Source of the DNA: Octopus sinensis
Lineage: Eukaryota
Direction: 5' to 3'
DNA: 64,000 nt
Assembly (NCBI RefSeq): GCF_006345805.1
Contig: NC_043001.1
Location: forward strand, 135,842,001-135,906,000
Of this stretch, positions 11,604 to 24,790 are shown piece after piece. The translations under genes were made by a program, and so were the position numbers. The notes under the pieces were generated by a model. That model saw nothing but the letters and a program-made list of their open reading frames with translations. It did no database searches and was not told where the DNA came from. Each line of letters begins with the position of its first letter. Position 1 is the stretch's first letter.

Positions 11604-13074
11604 ATTATTATAATTCAGTTTCTGTTTAAACAGACTCTACTGAGATAGTAATCAGCTAGTAGCCAGAGACAACAGTTTGTGGTAGTGGTGATGGTGATGG
11701 GGGAAATGACTAATGATTTTGTTTTGGTCTGTAAAACACTAGATGTACCAATCAAAGGTCCGGCAGAAAGAGGAGATGCAAATCAGAGAGACCGACTTTA
11801 GTAATTTTAATTAACCTCTTAAAACCACGATCCCTGAGATATCTAATTAAATTATTAAAAGTGAGAAATAAGTCTTAGGGCTTAAGGGATTAAGGGTGTC
11901 AGATGGCAACGTTTGGGTGGTAAGTGGATTAAAATACCTGCAGGTATTTAATAAGGAGGAATTGTTTAAAAGTCAAACAAAATAATTAGTGATATTCAGT
12001 TACATCTATTCAGACTCTGAGTTCAAATCCTACGAGGATCAAATTTACTCTTTATTTTTCTGGCGTTAATAATTTAAGAACCAGTCAAGCACTGGAGACT
12101 GGTTCAATCAAATTTATCCCTTCCCCTCAAAATGTGAATTTTAAATTAATTAGTAACCATAGAAACATTGATTGCCTCGCAACTAGTTACCTTATCAATC
12201 CTATGAAGATTTTATGTGGATCACTTAACCTGCTAGAAATAGCAGTAAAGTCCCTCTCATATCACAACCCATTATCTTAAGAAAGATGAGCATATTTGAT
12301 ATTGTTGTCCTAGATATGTGTAAAGACAGGATGGTCACATCTGGAACATGCTTAATCAGAGTTGATTTAGGGCTAAACAACAATAGCCTATTTAGTGATG
12401 AGTATATTAATCATTATCATCATCATCATCATATAATGTCCATTTTTCCCTTTTCCATGCTGGCTGCACCAGGCCCCAGTCAATCTGTTTTGGCATGGTT
12501 TCTACAGCTGGATGCCCTTCCTAATGCCATACACTTTACAGAGTGTACTGGGTGCTTCTAAGTGGAACTAGCACAGCTGCTTTTTTATGTGGCACCAGCA
12601 TGGGTGCTTATTGTACATGGTGGTGGCACAGGTGCTTTTTTTTATGTGACGCCAGCACAGATGCTTCTTATGCGGTGCCAGCATGGGTCCTCTTTATGTG
12701 GCACTGGCACAGTTGCCTCTATGTGATGCCAGCATAGGTGCCTATTATGTGGCATCAGTACTCATTGGGTTACCAAGTGGCTTGCAAGACAAAGATGTCT
12801 CTGTTGAGAGACGGAAAAGAACTGAGAGAAGTGGCCATGTGCAAGGCGAGAGGTTAGCATATGATAGAAGGTCGGGAGTACTAAGGAGATACTAGGCTAC
12901 CCCATTAGGACAAAGAAGCAGAGGAAGGCAGGAGAGAAAGATAGAAACAGTCAGAGAGAGAGAGAGAGAGAGAGCCTAACCACAGGAACAGTCAGGAGGA
13001 ATATAAGTAGAGCAGAAGAGACTAGTATAACCACAGGTCAAAGATTGATGGATTTTTTTTTATATGTAGTTAGT

Positions 13075-13470
13075 ATTCATTGTTGTTGTTACTTAGCCCC
13101 AAGTCAGTCATGATCCAATAGACCTATAGTGTACTAACTGGGACCATCCAGACATAGTATATCTAGGAATACATTACTGACTGTTCTATTCCTTGTTGTT
13201 TAGCCCCAAGCTAGTCATGATCCAGTAGACCTATGATATATCAGCTGGCACCATCCAGCTAGGACTACACTACTCACTGTGCCATTCCTTGTTGTTGTTT
13301 AGCCCCAAGTCACTCAGTATACTTATAGTGGTATACCCAGCTAAGACCATCCAGACACTATATATATCTAGGAGTACATTATTGATTGATACATTCCTTG
13401 TTGTAGTTTAGCTCCAGATCAATAATTGATCCACTTGACCTATAATGGTGCTCCAGCAAGGACCATCCAT
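13075..13470 (+). repeat. Degenerate tandem array (about 4 x 95-115 bp)
   Basis: Repeating ttgttgtttagccccaag...gacctat...gaccatccag...ctaggactacatt units. Confidence 0.75.
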
Positions 13471-13709
13471 ACATTTGCTCAATTAATGTAACACCAGATT
13501 TAATTAAGTTGTTTTATGTTCATACCAGCTGGATCTGGTCTCTCACACCTACCCTACAATATCATTCTAAAAATAAACAGTCATATCAACAAAATCTAGG
13601 GTTTATTACAAAATAATGCATGAATAAGCATCACATTTAATAGAGTAATCTGAATGGTAAAGGGTCAAAATTAACATTGGGGTAGCCAAATTTAACAATG
13701 ACATTTACG

Positions 13710-13908
13710 CTTTACTTGTTTCAGTCATTTGACTGCGGCCATGCTGTAGCACCGCCTTTAGTCGAGCAAATCGACCCCGGGACTTATTCTTTGTAAGCCC
13801 AGTACTTATTCTATCAGTCTCTTTTTGCCGAACCGCTAAGTGACGGGGACGTAAACACACCAGCATCGGTTGTCAAGCAATGCTAGGGGGACAAACACAG
13901 ACACACAA

Positions 13909-13957
<49 letters not shown>

Positions 13958-14128
13958 CATATATACGACAGGCTTCTTTCAGTTTCCGTCTACCAAATCC
14001 ACTCACAAGGCATTGGTCGGCCCGGGGCTATAGCAGAAGACACTTGCCCAAGATGCCACGCAGTGGGACTGAACCCGGAACCATGTGGTTGGTTAGCAAG
14101 CTACTTACCACACAGCCACTCCTGCGCC
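13710..14128 (-). mobile_element. SINE family A
   Basis: Full length. Head GGCGCAGGAGTGGCTGTGTGGTAAG (A box), GGTTCAGTCCC (B box-like) and CORE-like TTGGGCAAGTGTCTT. Confidence 0.9.
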
Positions 14129-14414
14129 TATAATAACATTTACTCTACATCATGTGTTGAATATTCTTTACTTTGTGATAATACTTATATTGGCAAACGT
14201 AATATAACAATATATATCCACCCAATAAGCTTCCACATAGAATTTCTGCCAAATTCCACTACCGAAGCTTTAGTCAACTTGAGGATATTGTAGAAGACAC
14301 TTGCCTGAAGGGCTGCACAGTGATCTTGAACCAGGAACCCTGGAGGTGCAGAGAGAACTTCTTGACCACACAACCATGCTTATATGCTTGAATGTAAAAA
14401 GAAATATATATATA

Positions 14415-14825
14415 GGCGCAAGAGTGGCTGTGTGGTAAGTAGCTTGCTAACCAACCACATGGTTCCGGGTTCAGTCCCACTGCATGGCATCTTGGGCAAG
14501 TGTCTTCTGCTATAGCCCCAGGCCGACCAAAGCCTTGTGAGTGGATTTGGTAGACGGAAACTGAAAGAAGCCTGTCGTATATATGTATAAATATATATAT
14601 ATGTGTGTTTGTGTTTCTGTGTTTGTCCCCCTAGCATTGCTTGACAACCGATGCTGGTGTGTTTACGTCCCCGTCACTTAGCGGTTCGGCAAAAGAAACC
14701 GATAGAATAAATACTGGGCTTACAAAGAATAAGTCCCGGGGTTGATTTGCTCGACTAAAAAGGCGGTGCTCCAGCATGGCCGCAGTCATATGACTGAAAC
14801 AAGTAAAAGAGTAAAAGAAAAGAGT
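14415..14825 (+). mobile_element. SINE family A
   Basis: Full length, head-to-head with 13710-14128. Confidence 0.9.
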
Positions 14826-15149
14826 ATATATTTTTTATTTGTTATCCTCAAAAATTCTTAGAAGGTAAGTGAACTAGGAAGTTAATGATTGGTTATTGGA
14901 AATAACTCTGAGACCATTAATTATGAGAGAAGGTTCTATTAGGCTTTGTAGATTGGGATTAATTTATTGGTTGATCCAACAGACTGGCTTTAATCCTGAT
15001 TTGGTAATCACCATGGAACGCTTGTGAATTGAGGGATAAATATCTTGGTGGACCTACTCGTTTGAATCTATTATTTAGTAATGAGAGAGGCTTCTAGTAG
15101 ACTGCCCAATTAGGTTGTACATTATCTGTTGAGGAACAAACTGTGATTG

Positions 15150-15230
15150 GGGAGAGAGGGGGCAGAAAGAGGGAGAAAGAGAGTGGGTGGGCTAGTGCTC
15201 CTGGGAGATGAAGAGAGAGAGATAAAGAGA

Positions 15231-15266
<36 letters not shown>

Positions 15267-15341
15267 AGAGAGAGAGAGAAAGAGAGAGAGAGAAAGAGAG
15301 AGAGAGAAAGAGAGAGAGTGAAAGAGAGAGAGAGAAAGAGA

Positions 15342-15375
<34 letters not shown>

Positions 15376-15433
15376 AGAGAGAGAGTGAAAGAGAGAGAGA
15401 GAAAGAGATAGAGAGAAAGAGAGAGAGAGAGAA

Positions 15434-15465
<32 letters not shown>

Positions 15466-15602
15466 TGAGAGAGAGAAAGAGAGTGAGAAAGAGAGAGAAA
15501 GAGAGAGAGAGTGAGAGAGAAAGAGAGAAAGAGAGTGAGAGAGAGAAAGAGAGAGAGAGAGAGGGAGGGGGTGCTAGTGCTCTTGGAAGATGAAGGGAGA
15601 GA

Positions 15603-15636
<34 letters not shown>

Positions 15637-15645
15637 AAGAGAGAA

Positions 15646-15684
<39 letters not shown>

Positions 15685-15742
15685 TGGTGTGTGTGCTAGT
15701 GCTCTTGGGAGATGCATAGGGTGAAAGAGAGAGAGAGAGAAA
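15150..15742. repeat. (GA)n/(GAAA) polypurine tract with repeated GCTAGTGCTC.TGG.AGATG anchor
   Basis: About 600 bp of almost pure purine on the + strand; anchor at about 15191, 15573 and 15695. Confidence 0.9.
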
Positions 15743-16214
15743 GACAGATTAAAAACTGGACAGACAGTAGATGGATGATAGATAGATGGTGAAATATAGA
15801 GCCAGATAAAGACAGTTAATCATGTATTGGTTGAGATAGATACAGAACTATAGCTAGATAAAGTAATTACATGTGCACTCGTGTGCATGTATTTGTGTGT
15901 GTGTGTGTGTGTGTATGTGTACACATATACATATACAATGTATATATGTCTGCCTGATTCTCATTCTCATACATGGATATGATATGTTGGAGAAAGGCGA
16001 AAATGATATTGCACATGAATTCACAAGAACGGTAAATTATTGGGTAATTATTTTAAGGGAATCAACTCACATGTTTATTTGTACATAAAGGATTACTGCA
16101 CACATGAAAGAATATCCAACAGTAGACATGGATGAATAAAAGTATACAAAGATCTGTGCAATTTTCTCTTGTTTGTTAAGACAAGCAGGCACAAAGAAAG
16201 AAAGATAGCCAGCT

Positions 16215-16388
16215 AGATAGACAGACAGCTGGATAGCTAGACAGACATATAGGTAGATAGATAGATAGACAGATAGATAGCTAGATAGACAGACAGACAG
16301 CTGGATAGTTAGACAGACATATAGGTAGATAGATAGATAGACAGATAGATAGATAGCTAGATAGATAGACAGACAGATAGATAGATAA
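16215..16388. repeat. (GATA)n/(GACA)n microsatellite abutting the Tx1-like LINE 3' end
   Basis: Directly visible in the sequence. Confidence 0.85.
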
Positions 16389-16389
16389 G

Positions 16390-18170
16390 TTTATTTATTA
16401 GCCACACAGAGCCGAACACAGAAGGGACCTTTTCGAAAACAGAAAAAATGGAGAAAAATACAATTCCGATCAAAGGGGATCGTTAAAAAAAAAACAAAAA
16501 AAAAACGATCAAAAGGGATCTTGTATCACAGAAAAATTTTAAAAGTGTAAAAAGCAAGATTAGGTTTATCCATGGAAAGAAAAGCCTATGGAAAAGACCA
16601 CGGTAACCTCAGGTAGGGAGGGAATAAACACATGAGAGCAAAGTGCTTTCTCTCTCTCTTTTCAATTTACAGGATCATGCTCAAAGTGGTTTTGTCATTC
16701 ACACGCACCATCTTTGCTACATTCACCCACCTTTTATTGAAACTTTCATGAGACAAAATTTGCCTCTCAATTCTCACCTTCCTCTTCAAGTGGTGCTTGA
16801 AAAAGTTGATGAGCGATTGGCCAGAGAAGAAAGTGTTTGTCTCTAAACTTTTCGCTCAAGTCCACCACACACACTCTTTGACCATGGCTACCAGTACGAT
16901 GAAGACTGCCTTGCTTTCCCGGTTAAGGGAAGGTGGCAGAGCACTTTTCATGATAGACTCAGCTGACAAGTGAACTCGTCCCACAAGTGATAGCAGCTGT
17001 TTGGCATAAGCCTACAGGTCCAAAATGGTTGGATACTGCGTGAGTTCATGCAGAACAGTTTCATTGCTCTGACCGCATCTTGGGCAAGTCGATCCGGTGT
17101 GTCTTGAACTGTACCTGCAGAGCTTATCCCGAACGGGTAATGCTTCTTGATAGCACTGCCATGCCAGGGATCTCTGGTGATTGTCCATAGGTCCTGGCCT
17201 GAAAGTTGTCCTGAACAGGTGGGTTACGTGTTCCTCGTTGACGCCCAGACTCTGCCCAAGAACATCGTCACACCTCCCCTCCACTAATCCTCTAAAGAAC
17301 GCCTTTGTGGAATTGAAGTCACACAAGTTTGGTCCCAAACGGCAGAGTTGCTTGAGAGTAAGGCGGCACTCATAGTGCCATTTGCCTAGCCTCGGTCTCT
17401 GTTTGATCCATGACTGCAGTTCGGCCAGAGATGAGCTGCGGGTATGTGTGCCGCACAAACGGCGACCACGCCTGTTCACCATTGTCTGTGAAGCACCGGA
17501 GATGTCACAGTCTCAGCACATGTCTGCACATCAGCAACCGCAGCATGCCCAGCCCTCCATTTATCGGGTGTTGACAGCAAATGGATTGCCTAACCATTGG
17601 AACACTTCACTTCCACAAAAAGTGGAAGAGTATGCATTCCAGGTTGGTGATGGCAGGGTCAGGACAAGGCACGACAGTCAGATGGTAATCGATGAAGGAT
17701 GTGATGTACGTGTTTGCCACCTCCACCTGACCGTTTAGGGATAGCTTCCTCTCGGCCCATTGCTGGGTGAGAGTGGCCAACCTACTCATTATCTCACCCC
17801 AGTTTTTCTCCATTTGGAGGTCTGGACTGATCCAGACTCTGAGCAATTTAACTGGTCCATTAGTCCAGCATCCCACGATAGAGACGCTGTTGGACGGCAT
17901 GGACTTGCTCCTCCAGGTATCGAGTTGCAAGCCCACTGACTTTTCCCAGTTAATTTTTGCTGCTATTACCACTTTGTATTCTTTTAGTGTCTTGCCGACC
18001 AGGTCGATATGCCTGTGGCTTGACATTGTTATGGTGATGGTGTCCACGTATGCAGACATGTTCTTCCCGCATTCCAGCTCTCGTGGGATGCCCCTCAGCA
18101 TCGCCAGCTTCCACCGTAGTGGCTTTAGAGTCAATATGTACAGAAGCGATGAGAATGGGGCCATTTGGTG
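16390..18170 (-). mobile_element. L1/Tx1-clade LINE fragment (RT C-terminal half, zf-RVT and 3' UTR), disrupted
   Basis: Encodes LLYILTLKPL, SAYVDTITI (a decayed YADD), AKINWEKSVGL, W.ERKLSL.G and CPRCGQSNETVLH, with frameshifts between the ORF pieces. Confidence 0.85.
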
Positions 18171-18392
18171 TTTGTGTTAATGCTTTTGTTTTGGTTTCGG
18201 GAGTGGCAAACCACCCTGCTTTGTTAGGAGCATTGGTGTATAAAAAGAATGATTAAACCCACCACATTATGTAGAGGGAATACTTGGAAATATTCTAGTT
18301 TCACTCACACACACACACTATGTGTGTGTATGAACATATATACATATATGTGTATTTAAGGTGTGTAGCTTAGTGGTTAGGGTATTCAATTT

Positions 18393-18627
18393 TGAAGGCG
18401 ACAAACTGGCAGAATCGTTAGCACGCCAGGCGAAATGCTTAGCGGTATTTAGTCTGCCGCTACGTTGTGAGTTCAAATTCCGCCGAGGTCGACTTTGCCT
18501 TTCATCCTTTTGGGGTCGATTAAATAAGTACCAGTTACGCACTGGGGTCGATATAATCGACTTAATCCGTTTGTCTGTCCTTGTTTGTCCTCTCTGTGTT
18601 TAGCCCCTTGTGGGTAGTAAAGAAATA
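18393..18627 (+). mobile_element. SINE family B inserted in the head of a family E SINE
   Basis: 18-bp TSD GGTTAGGGTATTCAATTT (18375-18392, 18628-18645). Confidence 0.9.
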
Positions 18628-19184
18628 GGTTAGGGTATTCAATTTATGATTGTAAGACTGTGAGTTCAATTTCTGGCAGTGCATTGTGTCCTTGAGCAAG
18701 ACACTTTATTTTATGTTGCTCCAGTCCACTCAGCTGGCAAAAATTAATTGTACTTGTAATTCAAAAGGGCCAGCTTTGTCACACACTGTGTCACACTGAA
18801 TCTCCCTGAGAACTATGTTAAGGGTACATGTGTCTGTGGAGTACTCAGGTACTTGCATGTTAATTTCATGAGCAGGCTGTTCCATTGATTGGATCAACTG
18901 GAACCCTCATCATTATAACCATCAGAGTGTCAGTATTCACGTGTGTGTGTGTGTGTGTGTGTGTGTGCATAAAAACATTAGATTATCACATGGAAACAGA
19001 AAGAATAGTTGAATTGTGAGAAGGGGGAAAATGAAAGTTGTTAAGTATTATATCTAAGATGATACAGCTAGATAAACTGGATAAATATTTAGGGTATTGA
19101 GAACTGGGTATGTATGTGATCAGATAAAACAGGGAAGTATTTTGATAACATGAGACTGAGAAACTCAAACATAACAACCCAAAG

Positions 19185-19186
<2 letters not shown>

Positions 19187-19245
<59 letters not shown>

Positions 19246-20040
19246 TGTGTACAGTGCTCAGGTGCACTACAACTCATCTAAAGTGTATATATAATCAGGT
19301 GTAGTTTCGACGGATTTCGGGAAGCATGAGGGCCTTAAAGGATGCAGTGTCATGGCAGTCAACAACTGATGCAGGCAGTTTATTCCACGCTTCAGCAACC
19401 CTGAGCGTGAAAAAATGTTTTCGAAAGTCATGGGAGCTGTGCTGTTTTCTGACTTTGTAGGCATGTCCACGTGTGTTAGACACATGGAGATCAAAAAGGT
19501 GTTCAGTGTTGTTGTTGGTGAGGTGGTTGATAACCTTGTGGGTGTTTACCAAGTCCGTCGCCAGACGCCGGAGCCTCAGGGAATCCATGCCCAGGGAAAC
19601 AAGGCGCTCAGAATATGGTAGGTGTCTGATGGAGGGTATGCGTTTGGTTGCACGTCTCTGGACAGATTCCAGGAGGTCAATGTTCTGAGCAAGATAGGGG
19701 TTCCAAACTGATGATGCGAATTCCAAGTGTGGTCATACCATAGCTGTATACAGTTTTAAATAGATGGCTGGAGAGCGGCTAACGAAAGTCTTGCTGAGTG
19801 ATGCCAAGACACCCTCGGCCTTCTTGACAATTTTAGAGATATGCTTTGTCCAACGCAAATCACTGCTGACAGTGATGCCTAGGTCACGCTCGCAAGAGGA
19901 TTTCTTGATATCAGTGTTGTGGAGGGAGTATGTGGATGCAGGGTTTTTTCTCCCAAAATGCATGGTGGTACACTTGTCCACAGCCAGTTTCAGTTGCCAG
20001 TCTGTGATCCATTGCTGCATTGTGTCTAGGTCTGATTGCA
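19187..20040 (-). mobile_element. CR1-clade LINE, 5'-truncated (RT C-terminus, 3' UTR and (TTA)n tail)
   Basis: Encodes WQLKLAVDKC, ERDLGITVSSDL, PHLEFASSVWNP, LESVQRRATK and TRGH...FFTLRVAEAWNKLP. Premature stop at about 19733; (TAA)n at 19187-19245. Confidence 0.9.
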
Positions 20041-21414
20041 AGAAAGAGTTGTAGACATCAGGATAGACCTAACAGAAACAGATAAAGCAATTAAACAGGC
20101 TTTCTAATAATCCTTGATTGAATGAGAAGAGGGCTGTATCCATAGACTTTAAAGTGGTGAGATAATTAAGAAAGGAATAGATTCATGGCAAGCTAATGCA
20201 AAATTGTGCAAAGGAAATATAATCCAAAAGATTAATCCATTAGCAGAATTAGTATTACTGGTTGAATTGCTATCAAATTGATGAATTGCTACCAAAATGT
20301 CTTGTGACATTTCGTTACAGCGACTTTCCTTCTGAGCTCAAATCCTGAGTTCAAACACATTGCATAATGAAGAGTTGATCAATGTTGAAATACCTTTAAT
20401 CATATGTCTAGATAAAATCTAACCTGAGGATCAACAACAACAACAACAGCAACAACAACAAAAACAACCCATTCCTTGAAGTCAATAGAACTGATCACCC
20501 ATTACAGGTCAATCAAATGTGTTTAGAATCAATATTTTTTAATATTTTATTCTAACCTATATATGGTGCCAGATGATCAATGATACCTCATTTGGGGACT
20601 TGTTACGATATTGTTCTCATGATGATCAATAATTATTAGTATTAATTAAGATAACGAGGACTTATAATTTCAGGTCTCATGAAATAGTTTTGTACTTAAC
20701 TGACATCACATCAATACTGTTGGTACACCTGGCTGTGTGTGTGTGTGATGATATATGTGTGTGTGTGTGTGCGTGTGTGATGATATATATGTGTGTGTGT
20801 ATAACTAGTTGTCTAAAAATCCATAACTGGCCCCCATATGTTAGTTAACGGAATAGTTACTATCACTATTATTATGATAATTAGGTAGAAAGCTGGCAGA
20901 TTTGTTACCACACAGGGCAAAACGTTTAGCAGTAATTCATTTGCCACTATGTTCTGAGTTCAAGTTCTGCCGACATCAACTTTGCCTTTCATTCTTTTGA
21001 TAAACTAAGTACCAGTTAAGTCCTGGGGTCGATGCAATTGACTTAGCCCCCTCCCTCGAAATTGCTGGCCTTGTGCCAAACTTTGAAACCGTTATCATTT
21101 TTGTTTGAGCAACCTACTCATTGTATTAGTTAGTGTACAAGTAGCAGAGTATTCCACAGACATATGTACTTATAATGTAATCCTAAACCATAATCAGTGT
21201 TACACAATGAGTGACAAAGTGACCTTTAATTATCTAGGTAGAAGCTCAATAAGATGAATTGCACAAGGTTCTGTCCATCTAATTTCATTCAAATAGCTTG
21301 GGTTTACCTGAGGCTATGGTAAAATAGCTCTTATGGTATTGAACCCAAGACCTCATGATTACAAATCAAGCTTTTTCACTACTCAGCTGTATCTGAGCCC
21401 ATTGTTACCATTGT

Positions 21415-21808
21415 CTTTACTCTTTTATTTGTTTCAGTCATTTGACTGCGGCCATGCTGGAGCACCGCCTTTAGTCGAGCAAATCAACCCCAGGACTTAT
21501 TCTTTGTAAGCCTAATACTTATTCTATCGGTCTCTCTTGCCAAACAGCTAAGTGATGAGGACGTAAACACACCAGCATTGGTTGTCAAGTAATGTTGGGG
21601 GGACAAACACAGGCACACACACACACACACACATATATATAGAAGATGGGCTTCTTTCAGTTTCCATCTACCAAATCCACTCACAAAGGCTTTGGTTGGC
21701 CCGAGGCTATAGTAGAAGACACTTGCTCAAGGTGCCACGCAGTGAGACTGAACCTGGAACCATGTGGTTGGTAAGCAAGCTACTTACCACACAGCCGCTC
21801 CTGTGCCT
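21415..21808 (-). mobile_element. SINE family A
   Basis: Full-length copy. Confidence 0.85.
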
Positions 21809-23387
21809 ATGTATAGCTTTAATACAGACACAATAGAATATAACCGAGATCAATAATTCAATACACGCAGCAATGAAGAAACAACAAAGCGAGGATTTTC
21901 CACATGAGTGATTTAGAATTTCAGAAACCAATTTAAAATTATTAACACTACAACAACAGTATGGTTTTCATTTATCTGTCATTAGTTGATAGACAACTAC
22001 TGCATGTTAGTAGTTGTGTGTGTTAACTGACTATGTAATTAACAAAACAATTTCAGTTAATTAAAATCACCTTTGCAGTCAGGAGTGTGTGCGGCCAGCA
22101 GAACAGAATAGTGTTTGTATACTCCTTGAGATAACTATTTGGTTGTTGGTAAGACAGCATAATAGTTATACAATATTTTATGAAATATAAATAGCAGTTG
22201 TCCCAGAAGGCCAGTTTTGGTCAAAGCAGACTTAATGCATATGTACATAATTTATAATGGATATTCACACATAAAATGGTGTTAGCTGTAAGATTTCATC
22301 TGAGAGTGATATAAAAATTGTTATTTTAACCTAGTGTTGTTTGGAAGATATATATATATATATCAATATAACTTAAACCTTGTTGTCCTTTGTCCAAATA
22401 TGCAAATGTTTTTGTTTGCTATTTCCTATGAAGAGATAAATTCTGACTGAGAAGGACTGGAGGTGTCTAACACTGACTGTCGGTTACAACGATGAGGGTT
22501 CCAGCTGATCTGATCAATGGAAGAAACTGAGAACTCCACCCTTAACATAGTTCTCAGGGAGATTCAAAATGACACAGAATGTGACAAGATTGGCCCTTTG
22601 AAATACAGGCACTACTCATTTTTGCTAGTTGAATGGACTGGAACAAAGTGAAATAAAATGCCTTGCTGAAGGAAACAACATGCCGCCAGGAATCAAACTC
22701 ATGGCCTTTACAATCATGAGCCAAATACCCTATCCACACTAAGAAGGCAAAATTAAGCCAAAACACCAGTGTTTGATGGTCTACTGATGTCTTTCTGAGT
22801 GAACAGTGTTTTTAACACACAAAGTCTCTTTGGAGTATCTTCCTTGAGACAAAATCTTACATCATTATTTTAATATAAAGCACTTTCAAAAGTATACACG
22901 TATGTTTTTACACACACCAGTAACAAGCATACTATATATACATATATATATCATCATATCATCAACATATTAACATCTATTTACAGGGGTCAGATAGAAT
23001 CCATTGACGCAGATTTTCTATGTATGAATGCCCATTCTGTTGCCAATCCTCACCTATTTCCAAGAAAGGTAATATTTTCCCATGACCAGACATGTTTTCA
23101 TGGAAGATTGGAAATGATTGACAGATTGTGTGATGTTCATTTACAACTCTCATGCAATGTCAACATAAAGTAATACAAACACACATTCACATTTAAATAC
23201 ATGATAGGCTTCATTCAGTTTCTGTCTATCAATGCCACTCAGAAGATTTTGATTGGCCCAGGGCCAAGACACCTATCCAAAAAGCTACATAGTAAGATTG
23301 GACCTGACAATGAGGTTGAGAAACAAACTTCTTACCCAAACAATCTTGCTTATGTCTAACCATGCACAATGTACATATAGTACAATG

Positions 23388-23813
23388 AGCGGTGAGCTGG
23401 CAGAGACGTTAGCACACCGGGCGAAATGCGTAGCAGTATTTCGTCTGCCGTTAAGTTCTGAGTTCAAATTCCGTCCAGGTCGACTTTGCCTTTCATCCTT
23501 TCGGGGTCGATAAATTAAGTACCAGTTACGCATTGGGGTCGATATATATTTCTTTACTACCCACAAGGGGCTAAACACAGAGGGGACAAACAAGGACAGA
23601 CAAACGGATTATGTCGATTATATCGACCCCAGTGCGTAACTGGTACTTAATTTATCGACCCTGAAAGGATGAAAGGCAAAGTCGACCTCGGCGGAATTTG
23701 AACTCAGAACGTAACGGCAGACGAAATACGGCTACGCATTTCACCCGACTTAATCCGTTTGTCTGTACTTGTTTGTCCCCTCTGTGTTTGGTCCCTTGTG
23801 GGTAGTAAAGAAA
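23388..23813. mobile_element. SINE family B with a nested inverted family B copy
   Basis: Plus-strand head 23388-23545, minus-strand copy 23546-23745, plus-strand tail 23747-23813; 16-bp TSD TACATATAGTACAATG. Confidence 0.85.
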
Positions 23814-23914
23814 TACATATAGTACAATGGTCACTGATTCCAGCCAGTGGGCTATGGCTATAATAAGGCACTGCATTTCAAAGCAACAACAGGTCCATTG
23901 TAAAAATCCAAATA

Positions 23915-24790
23915 TATGAGGTTTGATCAATAAATAATCAGACTGTTGCCATAGTAATGAAGCTAAAACATGCAAAATGAAGCAGCTTGGTACAGATTGA
24001 CCTTGGGCCCCGCTGTGCATGCACACTAAGTTTTAACATTCTACTTCACTTCCCTTGTTTACAGCAGTGCTTGGAAGGAACGTGTGTAGCATGTAATTGT
24101 CGCATTGACCATGACAGACAAAACTGTCATGGTTGATACCTGCTCAGAGGCAGATGCAAAGTTGCAGAAAGTGTATGGTGTGCAGTGTATGAGCTACACA
24201 CAAGTGTACGGGTGGTTTAGACATTTCCAAGATGGCTGAAAAAATGTCGATAGTGATGAACGTTCTGGGAGACATGCAACCAGCAGAACTGAGAAAAAAA
24301 CATTGCAGATGAGCATGCAGCTGTGAGGAGAAATCATCGAATCACCATGCATGAGATATCAGAGGATGTGCAGATTAGTTATGGTTCAGTTCAGTCCATT
24401 ATCACTGAAGATTTGGGTATGAGATGTGTGTCTGCCAAGTTTGTGCCAAAACTGCTTTCAGCTGGGTTTCAGTTGCACAAGATCTCCTTGATTGTGTTGA
24501 GAACGGTGAAAACTTCTTGAAAACTTTGCGTAAGTCTCTGAGCAGGTATCGCCAAGCTTTTGGCAAAATTTGATGCAGATTCTCTACTCAACTTTCTCTG
24601 TCATAGTCAATGCGATGATCACATGCTACACATGTTCCTTCCAAGCAGTGCTGTAAACAGAAATGAGCTAGAAAACTTAGTGTGCATGCACAGCAGAGTT
24701 CAAGAGTCAATCTGTGCCAAGTGGTTTCACTCTGCATGCTTTAGCTTCGTTACCATGGCAACAGTCCGGATACTTACTGATCAGATATTG

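Noticed and set aside
13870-14637. Recurrent ORFs such as RQASFSFRLPNPLTR... and DRLLSVSVYQIHSQG... (also near 35.8, 46.1, 46.6, 52.4, 57.2 and 61.7 kb)
   Set aside because: Antisense translations of SINE family A copies, not a gene family.
15147-15699. ER/KR-rich ORFs
   Set aside because: Translation of (GA)n microsatellite.
18375-18645. Target specificity of SINE B for A-box regions of other SINE heads (also 59478 and about 456)
   Set aside because: Only 2-3 of about 11 copies show it, and the other TSD-flanked copies sit in unrelated sequence. This is insufficient without genome-wide counts.
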